This document shows, piece after piece, positions 38,015-47,630 of a DNA stretch of 64,000 nt (the first letter of the stretch is position 1; each line of letters opens with the position of its first letter). The notes beneath the pieces are model-generated. The model did not search any database. It was not told where the DNA came from and worked only from the letters and a program-made list of their open reading frames with translations. The DNA comes from Methanobacteriota archaeon (GTDB lineage: Archaea > Thermoplasmatota > Thermoplasmata > SG8-5 > DAIRED01), in assembly GCA_043799545.1 (NCBI GenBank), contig JAZDNO010000004.1, positions 64,001 through 128,000 on the forward strand, given 5' to 3'. Both the position numbers and the translations under genes were made by a program.

Positions 38015-39354
38015 TCCTTGAACTGCTCCAGGCCTTCCTTACCGAACTGCTTCATGAGCTGCCTGCGCATCTTCCTGTTGCCCAGCAGCCCCTTCATCTG
38101 CTTCTTCGACTGGTTGAACTGGTGCAGCAGCTCGCGCACCTCCGACGGGTCGACGCCAGAGCCTCGGGCGATGCGAGTGATGCGCGAGCCCTTGATGAGC
38201 TTCGGGTCCTCCAGCTCCGCATGGGTCATCGAAGACATCATGACCTTGAACCTCCGGAGGCGCTCCTGGGTCTTCGCCAGGTCCTCGTCCGAGAGCTTCC
38301 CGGAGAAGCCCGGAATCATCCCCATCACCTTTTGGAGCGGGCCCATGTTGGAGAGCATCTCCATCTGCTTCCTCATCTCGATGAGGGTGAAGCGGCCTGA
38401 CATCATCTTCTTGACGGTTTCCTCGGCCTCCCCCTCGTCTATGGACTCCCTCGCCTTTTCGAGGAGGGAGGTCAGGTCTCCCATCCCCAGCAATCGGGAG
38501 ATGAACCTGTCCGGAACGAACGGCTCCAGGTCCTCCACGTGCTCCCCCGTGCCAGTGAAGAGGACGCTGGCCTTCGTCTCCGAGACCGCGCTCATGGCGC
38601 CGCCGCCCTTCGCCGAGCCGTCCAGCTTGGTGATTATGACCCCCGTCACGCCGACGGCCTCGTGGAACGCCTTGGCCTGCGGGCCGGCCTGCTGGCCGAC
38701 AGCGGCGTCTATGACCAGTATCTTCTCGGTAGGCTGGGCGATCTTCGAAACGCGCTTTATCTCGTCGATGAGGTCGTCCTCGAGCGCGTGGCGGCCTGAG
38801 GTGTCCAGTATTACGACGTCCATCTTCGCGAACTCCTCCAGGCCTGCGGCCGCGACCTTGTCCGCCTTCTTCTCCCCGGGCATGCCGAAAACGGGAACTC
38901 CAACCAGTTTACCAATCTGGCTGAGCTGGTCGTAGGCCGCGGGGCGGTGCACGTCCCCGGCTATGAGCCCCACGCTGAGCTTCTTCTTCTTGAAATGTTT
39001 CGCCAGCTTCCCCGCGGTCGTGGTCTTGCCCTGGCCGTACAGGCCGACCATCATGATGACCTGGCGACCCTTGGCGACCTCGCGCCTCGCGCCCACAATT
39101 TTTACAAGCTCCTCGTAAATCGTGTGGATGACGTGCTCCCTGGAGCTCATACCAGGCTTTGGCTTCTCCGTCAGAGCGCGGCGCTCCACCTCCTTCGAAA
39201 GGTGGAGCGCGAGCTGGACGTTGACGTCCGCCTGCAGAAGCGCCCTTTGGATGTCGCGCACGACCTCCTTGATGAGCGCCTGGTCGACGTTGGAGGCGTT
39301 GGCTATCTTCTTCAGAACGTCGCGGAGCGAGCCCCCCAACTTGTCCAATACCAT
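38011..39354 (-). CDS. srp54: Signal recognition particle 54 kDa protein
   Basis: ALLQADVN, GLYGQGKTTT, DTSGRH, TKLDGSAKGGG, RLLGMGD, SRITRIARGSG. Confidence 0.97.
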   Translation of the reverse strand: MVLDKLGGSLRDVLKKIANASNVDQALIKEVVRDIQRALLQADVNVQLALHLSKEVERRALTEKPKPGMSSREHVIHTIYEELVKIVGARREVAKGRQVIMMVGLYGQGKTTTAGKLAKHFKKKKLSVGLIAGDVHRPAAYDQLSQIGKLVGVPVFGMPGEKKADKVAAAGLEEFAKMDVVILDTSGRHALEDDLIDEIKRVSKIAQPTEKILVIDAAVGQQAGPQAKAFHEAVGVTGVIITKLDGSAKGGGAMSAVSETKASVLFTGTGEHVEDLEPFVPDRFISRLLGMGDLTSLLEKARESIDEGEAEETVKKMMSGRFTLIEMRKQMEMLSNMGPLQKVMGMIPGFSGKLSDEDLAKTQERLRRFKVMMSSMTHAELEDPKLIKGSRITRIARGSGVDPSEVRELLHQFNQSKKQMKGLLGNRKMRRQLMKQFGKEGLEQFKE

Positions 39355-39399
39355 CGGAACGTCGAAGCGGCGGGGGGAATAAAAGGTTTCCCCTCAACC

Positions 39400-39582
39400 C
39401 TTTCTTTGGGTCTCGCCTCGCCTGCTCGGGCTCACCAAAGAAAGCATTGGGAGCAAAGAAAGTTCGCCCTCGCCAGCTCGGCTCGACCGAAACGCTTTCT
39501 TTGAGTCTCGCTGCGCTGGCTCGCCCCTCGCAAAGAAAGCGTTTGGAGCAAAGAAACTCGGGGCGAGCCTGCTCGCTCGACC
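39400..39582. repeat. Two tandem copies of an ~88-bp palindromic intergenic repeat
   Basis: CTTTCTTTG-GTCTCGC..CGC..GCTCG-CAAAGAAAG...GGAGCAAAGAAA...GCTCG.CTCGACC at 39400-39488 and 39495-39582. Confidence 0.85.
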
Positions 39583-39717
39583 GTTTCCCTGCACAAATGC
39601 CGCGAACACTCACCACCTATTCCTACTGAACATGTGTTAGCCATGCCGATTGCGAAATCAGCGATTTATCTGTTAGTTTCGCAACTATAATATCCCCCCT
39701 CGCGTTGGCATCTCCGA

Positions 39718-41061
39718 ATGGACTACGCGACTGGTTGGATATTGGCCGGGACGGTCATACTGCTCTGGATTCTCTGCGTCTACTACTTCTTCGCCAGGAG
39801 CCCTTGGGGCAAGGGGGCGGAGGCCGCGGGTTTCTCGATGTACGGTCCGTTCATCATGTGGCGCACGAAGCGCGGGCGGGAGCTTCTTGAGAACCTGTCG
39901 AAATACAGGAAGCTCTGGGGCTTCTACGGCGACGCGGCCATCGCGTGCGCCGCGGCCGCGGCCATCGTCATGATGGGCCTGCTGATGTGGCAGTCAGTTC
40001 TCGTCCCCTCGATAGCGAGCGAGGACGCTCCATCTCCCGAGACGATGCTGGGCCTGCCGGGAATAAACAAGTTCATACCATTCGGCTACGGCATCTTCGG
40101 GCTCGCGATTGCGATAATCGTTCACGAGAGCGCGCACGGCATCCTGATGCGCCTCGGGGGGATCAGGCTCAAGAGCCTCGGGCTACTCTTCTTCGTCGTG
40201 CCGGTGGGCGCGTTCGCCGAGCAGGACGAGGAGGACATGAGGAACGGGTCGCGGCGGGGACGGATGCGCGTCTTCGCGGGGGGGCCGATGGCCAACCTTC
40301 TCCTGGCTTTTGTCTGCATGGCTGTTTTTTCGTCTGTCCTGATGCCCGCGGTCCAGCCGGCGCGGGAGGGCGTGGGCGTGATGAACGTCGGTGCGGGAAC
40401 TCCAGCAGATGGAACGCTGGAGACGACGATGATAATCACGTCGTTCAACGGGACGGCCGTGGCTGATTATGCGGATTTCTCTGACGCGATAGCCATAACG
40501 CACGCCAACCAGACGGTTGCGATAACCGTTTACTACCAAGGGGCCGAGCGGAGCTTCAACGTCACGCTCGACGACAGAGGTGATTACGTCGGCGGAGCCG
40601 ACAACGAAGGCAGGGGCTACCTCGGCATCAGCGGCGGCACGGTGTCCACGGACCGCTTCCACCCCATCGCAGGCGCGAAGAACTCCACGGCGCTGGTTAG
40701 GAACTTCCTGATATTCATTACGCTGCCAATCAGCGGCGGTTCGCCTGTCGAGGGGGCGCAGATGGACTTCTACACTGTGAGCGGGCCGCTCGACGAGGGC
40801 ACGTTCTGGCTGCTTTCGAACGCTGTCTACTGGGTGTTCTGGCTGAACCTCATGGTCGGCCTGACGAACGTGCTGCCCGCGGTGCCGCTAGACGGCGGGT
40901 ACATCTACAAAGACTGGCTTGAGAAGCTGTTCGGCAAGCTCGGTCTGAAGGGTGGCAACAGGGATGAGCAGGTGAAGCTCGTCGACAAAATCGTCCTTGC
41001 GACTTCGTTCCTCGTGCTGGCCCTGATATTGTGGCCTCTGATTGGCCCCAGAATAATGTGA
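39718..41061 (+). CDS. Site-2 protease (M50) with PDZ domain
   Basis: HESAH, GAFAE, FAGGPMAN, PDZ-like segment, NVLPAVPLDGG. Confidence 0.92.
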   Translation: MDYATGWILAGTVILLWILCVYYFFARSPWGKGAEAAGFSMYGPFIMWRTKRGRELLENLSKYRKLWGFYGDAAIACAAAAAIVMMGLLMWQSVLVPSIASEDAPSPETMLGLPGINKFIPFGYGIFGLAIAIIVHESAHGILMRLGGIRLKSLGLLFFVVPVGAFAEQDEEDMRNGSRRGRMRVFAGGPMANLLLAFVCMAVFSSVLMPAVQPAREGVGVMNVGAGTPADGTLETTMIITSFNGTAVADYADFSDAIAITHANQTVAITVYYQGAERSFNVTLDDRGDYVGGADNEGRGYLGISGGTVSTDRFHPIAGAKNSTALVRNFLIFITLPISGGSPVEGAQMDFYTVSGPLDEGTFWLLSNAVYWVFWLNLMVGLTNVLPAVPLDGGYIYKDWLEKLFGKLGLKGGNRDEQVKLVDKIVLATSFLVLALILWPLIGPRIM

Positions 41062-41101
41062 GCAGCGCCGCTGTAATGCTCAGAATGAACTGTTGTCCGA
41101 C

Positions 41102-41794
41102 TCAATCCGACACTAGCTCGAACCCGTTCTTGTCGAATATCAGGGGGAAGTAGCCGCGTTTGTGGGAGGCCTGGCGCATCTTCACAATGCTGAGGAAGAG
41201 GTTGACGTTGTTCGCGTCCCTCTTGAGGTCCAGGTGGATTATGCCGTCAGCAAGGAAGTCCTCGCCGTACTCGGCGAACTCCTCGGTGTTCTGGCCCATC
41301 TCCGTTATCAGGAAGGCGGTAACCTCCAGGTCGCGCAGCCATTCGAAGAACTTGAAAAGGTCGTCGCGCGGGCACTGGAACCTGGCCATGACCTCCAGGA
41401 CAGGGAGCGAGTCTATGACGACGAGCTTGATGTCCATGTTCTTCTTCAGGTTCTTCAGGTACATCTGGAAGACTTCCATCCAGGTCTGGTTGGTGAGCTG
41501 GGTGAGCTTCTTGCGTATCATACCCAGGTCCAGGACGCTGATTTCGCGCTCCAGCCCGCTCATTGTCATCCCCAGGCCCTCCATGTTTATGAGGAGGCTC
41601 TCGCGGCTCTGCTCCAGGGTGACGTAGACGCCGCTGATGTCGTCTCGGTTGGCGTTGTTGTAGAGGATGTTGAACGCAAGCGACGACTTCATGGTTCCGG
41701 GCTTCCCCGCGATGAGGACGACGTGGTTCACCGGAATTCCCCCGGCGAGCTGCTCGTCCAGGCTTTTGACGTATGTCTTCACGCGTTTTGGCAT
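41102..41794 (-). CDS. RAD55/KaiC-family RecA-fold ATPase
   Basis: LDEQLAGGIP, GKPGTMKSS, YVTLEQ, VIDS, FLADGII, IVKMR; start 41794. Confidence 0.88.
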   Translation of the reverse strand: MPKRVKTYVKSLDEQLAGGIPVNHVVLIAGKPGTMKSSLAFNILYNNANRDDISGVYVTLEQSRESLLINMEGLGMTMSGLEREISVLDLGMIRKKLTQLTNQTWMEVFQMYLKNLKKNMDIKLVVIDSLPVLEVMARFQCPRDDLFKFFEWLRDLEVTAFLITEMGQNTEEFAEYGEDFLADGIIHLDLKRDANNVNLFLSIVKMRQASHKRGYFPLIFDKNGFELVSD

Positions 41795-41884
41795 GGTATT
41801 CCCCCTGGCGGCTCCCAATAATTGTATTGTCTAATAAAGGCTTCTACTGCAAAGGATTATTTCCCACGACTCATCCACCCCCCG

Positions 41885-42430
41885 ATGCCCGGCAGGATGA
41901 CGTTAGGACTTTACAACTCCTACGACCCAGTGAAGATGCACGAGGCCCATCGCAGGGCGCTGGCACGAGCCGGGCCGCTCTGCCTGGGCTTCGACTGCAA
42001 CCTTATCACAATAGGTTTTCCTTACGGACGCGAGATGCGCACGCCCGCGGAAATCGTCGCCTGGATATCCGAGACGACGAGTATCGGAAAGGACGGCCAG
42101 TATCTGGTAAAACTCGCCGAGGCAGGGCGCTTCCAGGCCGTCGATTTTCCCGATCGGGGGTTCCAGCCGCAGTACGGGCTTCCGGTGCTGACGACATGCC
42201 GCCCGGACCCGAAGAAGGCGATGATGCCGCGCCAGGCTGCGGAAGAGCTCGCGCACGGGCAATCCATCCTGCTCATTTTCGGCCTAGGCCCGCGCGGGGT
42301 CCCCAAGGACATCCACGCCATGTGCCCCAGGCATCTGGACGTCACCGGGCGCGGGCTCTCGATGGAGACAGCGACGGCGCTTGGCGCCGTTCCGGCCGCG
42401 ATTCATGCGCACCTCGACTCATTGAAGTGA
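41885..42430 (+). CDS. DUF531-family (SPOUT-like) archaeal protein
   Basis: TLGLYNSYDP..HEAHRRALARAGPLCLGFDCNL, TSIG, GLGPRGVP, SMETATALGA. Confidence 0.8.
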   Translation: MPGRMTLGLYNSYDPVKMHEAHRRALARAGPLCLGFDCNLITIGFPYGREMRTPAEIVAWISETTSIGKDGQYLVKLAEAGRFQAVDFPDRGFQPQYGLPVLTTCRPDPKKAMMPRQAAEELAHGQSILLIFGLGPRGVPKDIHAMCPRHLDVTGRGLSMETATALGAVPAAIHAHLDSLK

Positions 42431-42518
42431 CGCCCATCTTGGCCAGCAGCGATTTCCGACGTGCTTTCCGCCAGTGTAACGAAAATATTAAATATCTGTA
42501 ACTGTATTACGTGTAATT

Positions 42519-43376
42519 ATGATACAAAATAACGATTGGCAGGCGAAGAAGGAGGCGCTCCGCGCCCAGGCGGAGGCGCTCCGTGCGCAGGAGGCGGCGC
42601 TGAGGGCGCAAGCGGAGAAACTCGGACGCCAGCAGGCCGAGGAGGAGAAGAAGATGGCCGTCCTCGAACGCACGATGGGTGCCCCGCCGAGGCGCGGAGA
42701 GGACCCTTACGAGGTCAAGGAGCGCTACCGCCAGGCGAAGGCGGAGTACCAGGCGGCCAAGATGCGCGTGAAGGCGTTCGAGCGCGTCGAGAGGGAGATG
42801 GAGCGCGCCGAGGAGGCGATGGAGGACATCGAGGACGAGCTGTCATCCGTCGAGGAGGAGGCCGAGGAGTCGCTCGAGGAGGTTGAGGACGAGGCCGACG
42901 CGGAATTCCCCGACCTGGCACCCATCGAGAGGAAGATACAGAAAGCGATGGAGCGCATAAAGGTGATAGACTTCGCGGGGCTGGAGGCGGGGATGAGGGA
43001 TGCCATCGACCGCGGGCTTGCCCCGCTGGCCCCGCGCCCCCCGGCGGTTCCGTCCGCGCCCAGCGCCCCGCAGAACGGCATAGGCTTCGACATGGTCCGC
43101 GAGCAGATGGGCGGCAGGGCAAATACAATCATGACCCGCGTCTCGGACGAGGACCTGCAGACCCTGGACATACTCGTCGAGGCCGGGCTGGCTTCGTCTC
43201 GCTCTGAGTGCGCGGCAATGCTGCTGCACGAGGGCATCATCGCCAGGAAGGACATGATCCAGAAAGTGCGCGACACCGCAGACCAGATACGCAAGCTCAG
43301 GGACTCGATGCGGGAGGAGCTAAGGTCCGTCGCGGCCGCTTCGCCGTCGGCGAAGAAGGAGCCTGGCTCAGAGTAG
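42519..43376 (+). CDS. Coiled-coil protein with C-terminal ribbon-helix-helix-like domain
   Basis: E/A/K/R-rich heptads, Pro-rich linker, TIMTRVSDEDLQTLDILVEAGLASSRSECAAMLL. Confidence 0.65.
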   Translation: MIQNNDWQAKKEALRAQAEALRAQEAALRAQAEKLGRQQAEEEKKMAVLERTMGAPPRRGEDPYEVKERYRQAKAEYQAAKMRVKAFERVEREMERAEEAMEDIEDELSSVEEEAEESLEEVEDEADAEFPDLAPIERKIQKAMERIKVIDFAGLEAGMRDAIDRGLAPLAPRPPAVPSAPSAPQNGIGFDMVREQMGGRANTIMTRVSDEDLQTLDILVEAGLASSRSECAAMLLHEGIIARKDMIQKVRDTADQIRKLRDSMREELRSVAAASPSAKKEPGSE

Positions 43377-44189
43377 GGACCATGACAGCACGCCCACGCC
43401 CAGAGCGAGGCAGTACGGGGCGAACCAGTGCAGGCCCCCGCGCCTCACGACCCGCATCATCGCCTCCAGGCAGGCGTAGCCGACGAGGGCGGCGGCGAGC
43501 GCCCCCAGTGCGGCCGGCGCCAAATCCGCCGACGCGATGTGGCCGATTTCCCCCAGCTTCAGCACGGCCGCGCCCAACGTCGCCGGAATCAGGGCGAGGA
43601 ACGAGAACTTCGCCGCGTCCTCCAGCGACGCGCCAAGGAAGATGCCGGTCCCTATCGTCAGCCCCGAGCGCGACAGTGACGACAGGACCGACGCGCCCTG
43701 CGCAGTGCCTATGGCCAGCGCCCCGCCTGCTCCGATTCGCCCGCCCCTCGGCCTAGCAAGCTTCGTGGCCGCCAGGAAAAATCCGGTGGCGACGAAGCCG
43801 GCGCCGATTATTGCCAGCGAGGTGAAATCGCCGCCGCCGAGATGCCTATCGATTGCGTAGCCGATTATCGCTGTCGGTACGCTCGCCAGCAGTATGAGCC
43901 AGCCCCATAGCCTCTCCTTCCTGCCGAAGAGGGCCTCTTTCCTGTCCTCGGCGCCAAACGCCTCTCCGACGCCGGCAAGCCAGTCGGCGATTATGGCCGC
44001 GATGTCCTTCCTAAGGTATATGCAAGCCACGGCGACAGTGGCCAGGTGCAGAACGACGTCGTACGCGACCGAGACCTCGCCGAGGTAGATTTGCGCCAGC
44101 GCCAGATGCCCCGAGCTGCTGAGGGGCAGCCATTCAGTGACCCCCTGGACGATTCCGAGCAGCAGAGCTACGAGCCAGTCCATGGGCAA
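43368..44189 (-). CDS. uppP: Undecaprenyl-diphosphate phosphatase family protein
   Basis: GIVQGVTEWLPLSSSGHL, LHLAT, QGASVLSSLSRSGLTI, FSFLALIP. Confidence 0.9.
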   Translation of the reverse strand: MPMDWLVALLLGIVQGVTEWLPLSSSGHLALAQIYLGEVSVAYDVVLHLATVAVACIYLRKDIAAIIADWLAGVGEAFGAEDRKEALFGRKERLWGWLILLASVPTAIIGYAIDRHLGGGDFTSLAIIGAGFVATGFFLAATKLARPRGGRIGAGGALAIGTAQGASVLSSLSRSGLTIGTGIFLGASLEDAAKFSFLALIPATLGAAVLKLGEIGHIASADLAPAALGALAAALVGYACLEAMMRVVRRGGLHWFAPYCLALGVGVLSWSLL

Positions 44190-44192
44190 TCC

Positions 44193-44717
44193 TCAGATTC
44201 TCTTCATCGAGGCGCGGTACCTCTTCTCTGCCAGCTCGCGATATATTGCCTTGAACCTCTTCCACTGGGCTATGTACTCGTCGTTCACCTCGGCCACCTG
44301 CTTGGCCGGGATGCCGACGACGATTGCACGCGGCGGGACGACGGACTTGTTCTTCACGACGGCCCCCTCGCCAACGGTCGCGTTCTCGCCCACGACCGCG
44401 TAATCGGAGACGACAGCGCCCATGCCGACGACCGTGCCGTCGCCGATTGTGCAGTTGTGTATCACGCACGAATGGCCGAGCGTGACGTTGTTGCCTATGA
44501 CCAGCTTCTCCCCCGGTCGCGCGTGCAGGACGCAGTTGTCTTCGATGGCGGAGCCTTCGCCGATAACAATCGTTCCGTAATCGCCGCGAATTCTGGCTCC
44601 CGGCCCGACGTAGCAGCCCGCGCCCATCGTAACGTCGCCGATGACGTCGGCGCTCTCGAAAACATATGCGGTCTCGTGGATTTTCGGGCGTTTTCCCTCG
44701 AACTCGTAGATTGGCAT
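44193..44717 (-). CDS. Gamma carbonic anhydrase family (hexapeptide-repeat) protein
   Basis: ADVIGDV, ARIRGD, IEDNCVLH, VTLGHSCVIHNC, VVGIPAK. Confidence 0.92.
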   Translation of the reverse strand: MPIYEFEGKRPKIHETAYVFESADVIGDVTMGAGCYVGPGARIRGDYGTIVIGEGSAIEDNCVLHARPGEKLVIGNNVTLGHSCVIHNCTIGDGTVVGMGAVVSDYAVVGENATVGEGAVVKNKSVVPPRAIVVGIPAKQVAEVNDEYIAQWKRFKAIYRELAEKRYRASMKRI

Positions 44718-44725
44718 GTATTCCC

Positions 44726-45757
44726 TCAGTACTTATCGTAGCTCAGCCCCAATTCCGGTAGCGTGGCCTTCGTGACCTTGGATTTCGCAACGGTCCCGAC
44801 GACCTTCGCCCTGTGCCCCGCCTTCTTCATCGTTTGGATGATTCCCTTCGCTTCCCGCTCGGGCGCGACGAATGCGTATCCCATACCCATGTTGAAGGTC
44901 TGGTACATCTCCCTGTCATCGACCTTGCCCAACTCCTGCAAGGCAGAGAAGACCCTGTTCGGCGCAAGCGGCTCATCGAAGCGGTACTCGAGCCCCTTCT
45001 TCAGCCTGATGAGGTTGCGCAGGCCTCCGCCCGTGATGTTGGCCATGCCGTGAATACCGTGCTTGGCAACGGCTGCCATGACGCCGCGCACGTAAATCTC
45101 GGTCGGCTCCAGGAGCTCGTCCCCCCAGGTCCGCCCGAGCTTCGGTTCTTTTTGACGGTATCCGCTGCCCGCCTTCTCGATAATCTTCCGCGCCAGCGTG
45201 AGGCCGTTGCAGTGGATGCCGCTTGCACCCACTCCGATTATAGAGTCGCCCGCCGAAATCTTCGCGCCTGTGATGATGTCCTTCTTCAGGACCGAGCCCA
45301 GGCAGGTCCCGCCGAGATCCGTGCCGCTCACTATGTCTGGCACGACCGCAATCTCACCGCCGATGATGCTGACGTTCGACATCCTGGCCCCTTCGTTCAG
45401 GCCGACGCCGATTTGCCTCGCCCTCTCAGGGTCGGGCCTGTCGATGGAGATGAAATCCACGAAGGCCAGCGGCTCGGCTCCGATGCAAATCATGTCGTTG
45501 ACGTTCATGGCCATGCAGTCTATGCCTATCGTGTCCCACCGTTTCATTTCGTTGGCGACGACAATCTTCGTGCCTACGGTGTCGGTGCAGAGCGAGAGGG
45601 CGTGCTCCCCGAAGTCTATGAGCCCGGTGAAATGGCCGTCCAGGTCGAGCATCCTGCCCCGGCCCTTGCGCCTGAATGCGAGGGTGCGCACGAGCTGCGA
45701 TATGGCGCTCGACTTCCCGTCTATGTCCACGCCCGCCTTCGCGTACGTCATGCCCAT
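44726..45757 (-). CDS. purM: Phosphoribosylformylglycinamidine cyclo-ligase (AIR synthetase)
   Basis: TYAKAGVDID, TDTVGTK, DCMAMNVND, GAEPLAF, GGEIA, HCNGLTL, ITGGG, TFNMGMG. Confidence 0.96.
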   Translation of the reverse strand: MGMTYAKAGVDIDGKSSAISQLVRTLAFRRKGRGRMLDLDGHFTGLIDFGEHALSLCTDTVGTKIVVANEMKRWDTIGIDCMAMNVNDMICIGAEPLAFVDFISIDRPDPERARQIGVGLNEGARMSNVSIIGGEIAVVPDIVSGTDLGGTCLGSVLKKDIITGAKISAGDSIIGVGASGIHCNGLTLARKIIEKAGSGYRQKEPKLGRTWGDELLEPTEIYVRGVMAAVAKHGIHGMANITGGGLRNLIRLKKGLEYRFDEPLAPNRVFSALQELGKVDDREMYQTFNMGMGYAFVAPEREAKGIIQTMKKAGHRAKVVGTVAKSKVTKATLPELGLSYDKY

Positions 45758-45805
45758 GGTATCACGAGCCTAGATGGGCGAGGGGTAGGAAAAGGTTGCG
45801 GGCGC

Positions 45806-47557
45806 TCAAACGTCCAACACGTATACCCTCGGATGAACCTCCCTCAGGCCATCATTTTGGACTGGACCGGCAGTATACACGATTGAGATGCCGTTGTCGA
45901 CTAAAAATGATGTGTTGGAGCAACGTCCGTCAAAGAAAGATGCAATCTTTTCGACCATGGATTCCATTGCGGCGTCAGGGCCTTGCGGGATTTTGTACAA
46001 TACCTGTTTTTCTGCGATCGGGCTGAAAGCGATGGCCTTCCAAGGGTCTAGGACAGCCTTTGTGTATGTTGCGTTGAGATTTTCACGAATCCAGGTGAAG
46101 TCGTCGAACTCCTGCTCGCTGACAATCATGTAATACGGTTCGTTCGCATGGCTGTAGAAGGCCATTCCCACAGCCGTTGCCAGAACTATCGCGATGGCTG
46201 GTTTGCTCCATTTCCATCCCCTGGACGCACCCACCCCCGAAGATAACGCGAGCAATCCGAAGAATAAAAAGGTCGTCCTATCCATCAGGGCCTGTGCATC
46301 TTGCATCCGATTGAGGACAAATTGGAAAGCCAGCGTGAGACCTGCTATAGACATTGTTGCCAGGGCCAACGTCAGGCTTTGGCGCTTCCTCTCCCAAATG
46401 AGGAGCCCCAATCCAAGGAAACCCAGAAGGAAGAGCCAGAACCCGAACGTTTGCACATAAGATGTGAGCGACATCTGCGGCAGGAAGAGTGCGCCTCCCG
46501 TCAGCAAGGTCAATCCGCGTTTCGCCCATACCCCCCCCGACCATAGGAATGGTGTGAAAATCGCAATAAGGAGCGATGCGGCGCCTACCCCAATCAAGAT
46601 AACGCCCAACCGCCATTCCTTGAACAAGATGAACGCGAATCCGGCAGATACGATTATGATCAGCCCTGCAAGCGCCGTGGGCGGGTGCATCAGGAGCGCG
46701 TAAACCTCGATGATTATTATCAAGGGCAGCAACCAAAGCGATTTGAAGCGAAGGAGAATTAAAATAAGCCCGAGTATCAAAAGAAAACCCAGCGTGATTG
46801 GGACCAGGAACCCTGGCCCGAGGAACCTGAGCGTGGTCGGCAGCATCGCCCCCAGGAGCGCGCAGGGAATGGCTGCCTCGAAGCTTTTTCCTATGGCATA
46901 ACACGCCATGATTGTCATGGCAGAAATTAAAACTGGACCGAATGCAAACAGCCAGCCCCAATCGATTCCGCTCAGATTTTGAAATGTGCCGATGGTGAGG
47001 AGGAAACCACCTTCCGCGTGATTCCCTGCGTTATAACCGTAGTACGCTTCCTGGAAATTCCATACTCCCTGGCCCATCATGCTCTGCGCGTGAGCCCAGT
47101 AGTGCCATTCGTCCGTGTGGATGGGGCGGTAATAGCCGAACTTTGGCCAGAGCGAAAAGATTGCGCCGAGAGCCATGATGCAAAGAAGAATCCATGTATT
47201 TCGGGACTTCATTTTCAAAGCCACGTTTTCTTTCCCCGTCCTCCAAATCCAGGATACGTGGGAAAATAACGATTCTTTGGACTCGCGAAGGAGTATGATG
47301 TACAATAATGCGCCAACGAAGGTGACGATTGCTGATGCAAATGCCCATGATTGGACGCCAAATTTGACGCCAAAGCCGAAATACGCCACAACCATCGTAA
47401 CAAACGACAACGAAATCGATGATATCGGCATCAAGGCGATCGCTTCAAGCCGCGTGAACAACTTCTTTCGCATCAAAATTAATGATAATGGCAAACCCGG
47501 AAAAGAAAAGACGAATGCCATTGAGACAAATATCCACGGTATGTCCAGGAAACCCAT
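45806..47557 (-). CDS. Polytopic membrane protein, possible GT-C-fold glycosyltransferase
   Basis: About 14 hydrophobic segments, loop HTDEWHYW after an early TM, MHPPT, soluble C-terminal domain; start 47557 avoids overlap with the divergent gene. Confidence 0.6.
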   Translation of the reverse strand: MGFLDIPWIFVSMAFVFSFPGLPLSLILMRKKLFTRLEAIALMPISSISLSFVTMVVAYFGFGVKFGVQSWAFASAIVTFVGALLYIILLRESKESLFSHVSWIWRTGKENVALKMKSRNTWILLCIMALGAIFSLWPKFGYYRPIHTDEWHYWAHAQSMMGQGVWNFQEAYYGYNAGNHAEGGFLLTIGTFQNLSGIDWGWLFAFGPVLISAMTIMACYAIGKSFEAAIPCALLGAMLPTTLRFLGPGFLVPITLGFLLILGLILILLRFKSLWLLPLIIIIEVYALLMHPPTALAGLIIIVSAGFAFILFKEWRLGVILIGVGAASLLIAIFTPFLWSGGVWAKRGLTLLTGGALFLPQMSLTSYVQTFGFWLFLLGFLGLGLLIWERKRQSLTLALATMSIAGLTLAFQFVLNRMQDAQALMDRTTFLFFGLLALSSGVGASRGWKWSKPAIAIVLATAVGMAFYSHANEPYYMIVSEQEFDDFTWIRENLNATYTKAVLDPWKAIAFSPIAEKQVLYKIPQGPDAAMESMVEKIASFFDGRCSNTSFLVDNGISIVYTAGPVQNDGLREVHPRVYVLDV

Positions 47558-47630
47558 GACCCCAAATGTGGATATCGGTATATTAGTATTAGGAAAAATA
47601 TTTATATCGTTATAGCTCTCTGAAGAGAGC

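Noticed and set aside
39400-39582. CRISPR array
   Set aside because: Only two long palindromic units with no unique spacers of regular length and no cas genes.
41102-41794. Circadian KaiC
   Set aside because: Single-domain RAD55-type ATPase with no kaiA/B; common in archaea.
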